From positions 62,001-126,000 of the forward strand of contig NW_019028993.1 of assembly GCF_002105155.1 (NCBI RefSeq): a stretch of DNA of 64,000 bases, written 5' to 3'. Position numbers and translations under genes: made by a program. This document shows, in pieces, positions 62,425-64,000 of the stretch. The notes beneath the pieces were generated by a model. That model did not search any database. It was not told the DNA's origin and was given only the letters and a program-made list of their open reading frames with translations. This DNA is from Lobosporangium transversale. Taxonomy: Eukaryota. Position 1 is the stretch's first letter. Every line of letters starts with the position of its first letter.

Positions 62425-63574
62425 AAAACTTATTTCATTATGATGCTCTAATAATATTCTTACGATAAACCATGCGAATGTCTCGGTAGGATTTCTCCAG
62501 TGCATGACGCGATCGAGATAAAGCCCAAGGGACTGGACAGGGTTGGTAACATCATACAGTCGACTCAATAAAGTTCTCATTTTAGACCATTGGACTGGCT
62601 CGACCTTGCGAATCTTGTCATCTCGCGCCAAGGATTCGATAAAATATCTCGCATACTTTTTTTTTTTTTTTTTTTTTGTTTTGTTTGTGTCACAACCACA
62701 TGTTTAGCATAACATTCATGATGTTTAGTTCAGCTGTCTGATCGCGCAAGGGCTAGACTTAAAGAAAAAAAAAAACTGCGTTTTGTACTCACCGCTAGGA
62801 TATAGAGACGCACTTCAAAGACACGCTTTCCTGATTCTGCTTCGACCCTTGTAAAGTCCTCGCGATCAGGAGGCGGCAGTTGCTTTTCAGTCGTCCTTCG
62901 TCGTCGAATCTCTTGAACGTGTCTATCAAACTGAAAGGAAATCTCCTCCTTTTTGATACTGGGTGACATCGTTTGACCTGTCTGACCTGTTTGGCCTGTT
63001 TGGCCTGTTTGGTCTGCTTGGCCTGTTTGGCCTGTTTGGTCTGCTTGGCCTGTTTGGCCTGTTAGAGCCGTTTGGCCTGTTTGGCCTGTTTGACTTGTTT
63101 GGGTTGTTTGAAGCGTTTGAGCAGTAGCAGTAGTTCTGTTCGACGCCTGTGCAGGTGCTACTGGCCTGACAGGCTCATCAGGATATGCACCGCTCAGTTC
63201 TCTCGCCTGCTTCGACTGTGAAGGAGTGGGGGTCAATGACGGTTGGATTGTATGAACAGGTGCCCCTATTGGCTGAGTCTAACGACAGTGAAATATCAGA
63301 TTACGTATTGGATTTGAAATATAATGTCATTGCTCAAGCACCGTCAAAGTCAAGAGTTCTCTTTTTCTTTTTCTTTTTCTTTCTATACAGAACATACAGC
63401 ATCAATAGGACCCTGCCACTTTGATAGACCTGGAGGAGGGTCGCGTTCAGGAAGAGCCTCAGTGGCAGATTGTGTAGGCTGAGTGTATGGCTCAGTGATG
63501 ATGGATTTGGTCGAGCCATTTTGCCGCTCGGCTAAAGGAGGTGAAGTTATTAGAATGTCTCTGTTATTTGACAT
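60976..63574 (-). CDS. Multi-pass membrane protein, DUF3292/Pex24p-like, with a C-terminal GRAM/PH-like domain. Exons about 63574-63398, 63278-62793, 62655-62464, 62306-61520, 61378-61242, 61131-60976
   Basis: RLY...RVMHWRNPTETFAWFI|SYFTLW, ERVKNLFQWERP..T, LWGVPTNAEL, FHCLLRGKPGRL.I, ELPWEEIDKIKK and FQNVVHRDDAFRKL...GKKW. Splice sites are canonical and in frame. Confidence 0.72.
62970..63120 (-). repeat. Coding 9-bp minisatellite (CAAACAGGC-like) encoding (QTG)n with QAD variants
   Basis: Translation QTTQTSQTGQTGQTALTGQTGQADQTGQTGQADQTGQTGQTGQTGQT. Confidence 0.9.
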
Positions 63575-63770
63575 GATAGGGATAATTGCGGAAAAAAGAA
63601 AAAGAGAGAGTGAAGATCAGCAGGAAGCAGTAAACTCGTATTTGAAGCAAAAAAAAAAAAAATGAACGGTCTGGAGTGAAAATCGTTGGAACAGTTAAGC
63701 AATTAGCCAAGCAAAAAGACGTGACTATCGATTTGCTTCATGCACGTGAGTATGTTTATGTTTTTAGACC

Positions 63771-63812
<42 letters not shown>

Positions 63813-64000
63813 CATGGCTTTCTAAGGGCATGTTGACCTTCTTTTTATTTTTATTTTTTTGGTTCTTTCATTAATACATCTATCCTTCCGTTGCTTCTGC
63901 TCTATTTGAACAAGCCATGGAAGTTCACAGGTGTCGATTCGTCGACTACATCCCCTCCGCCATCAATGCCCTTTCATTTGCACCCAACACTACTAGACCT

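Overview
Eukaryotic, intron-containing fungal DNA. GT-AG introns, very long poly(A)/poly(T) tracts and the gene content suggest an early-diverging fungus, probably Mortierellaceae (inference, not verified). Recognisable genes: GCV2 (5'-truncated), a long intronless SPO11, complex I B12/NDUFB3, a Myb/SANT protein, mitochondrial-type TypA/BipA, RIO2, DPH1, a Yip5/YIPF1-type gene, an F-box/LRR protein, a C2H2 transcription factor, RNA14/CstF-77, SND2/TMEM208 (missed by the ORF track), a GSI-like glutamine synthetase family gene and a DUF3292-like membrane protein. The 6.9-30 kb zone is accessory. It holds five clear copies (plus one possible relic) of an uncharacterised three-TM protein family with a six-Cys ectodomain, and two related secreted Kex2-type six-Cys cationic peptides. 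Each peptide lies tail-to-tail about 1.1-1.2 kb from one of the only two intact TM-family copies, in mirror symmetry around the Myb/TypA pair. The unpaired copies are frameshifted or decayed. This is the best candidate for an undescribed peptide-receptor or toxin-immunity system. A 256-bp Tc1/mariner-pogo type MITE is also present.
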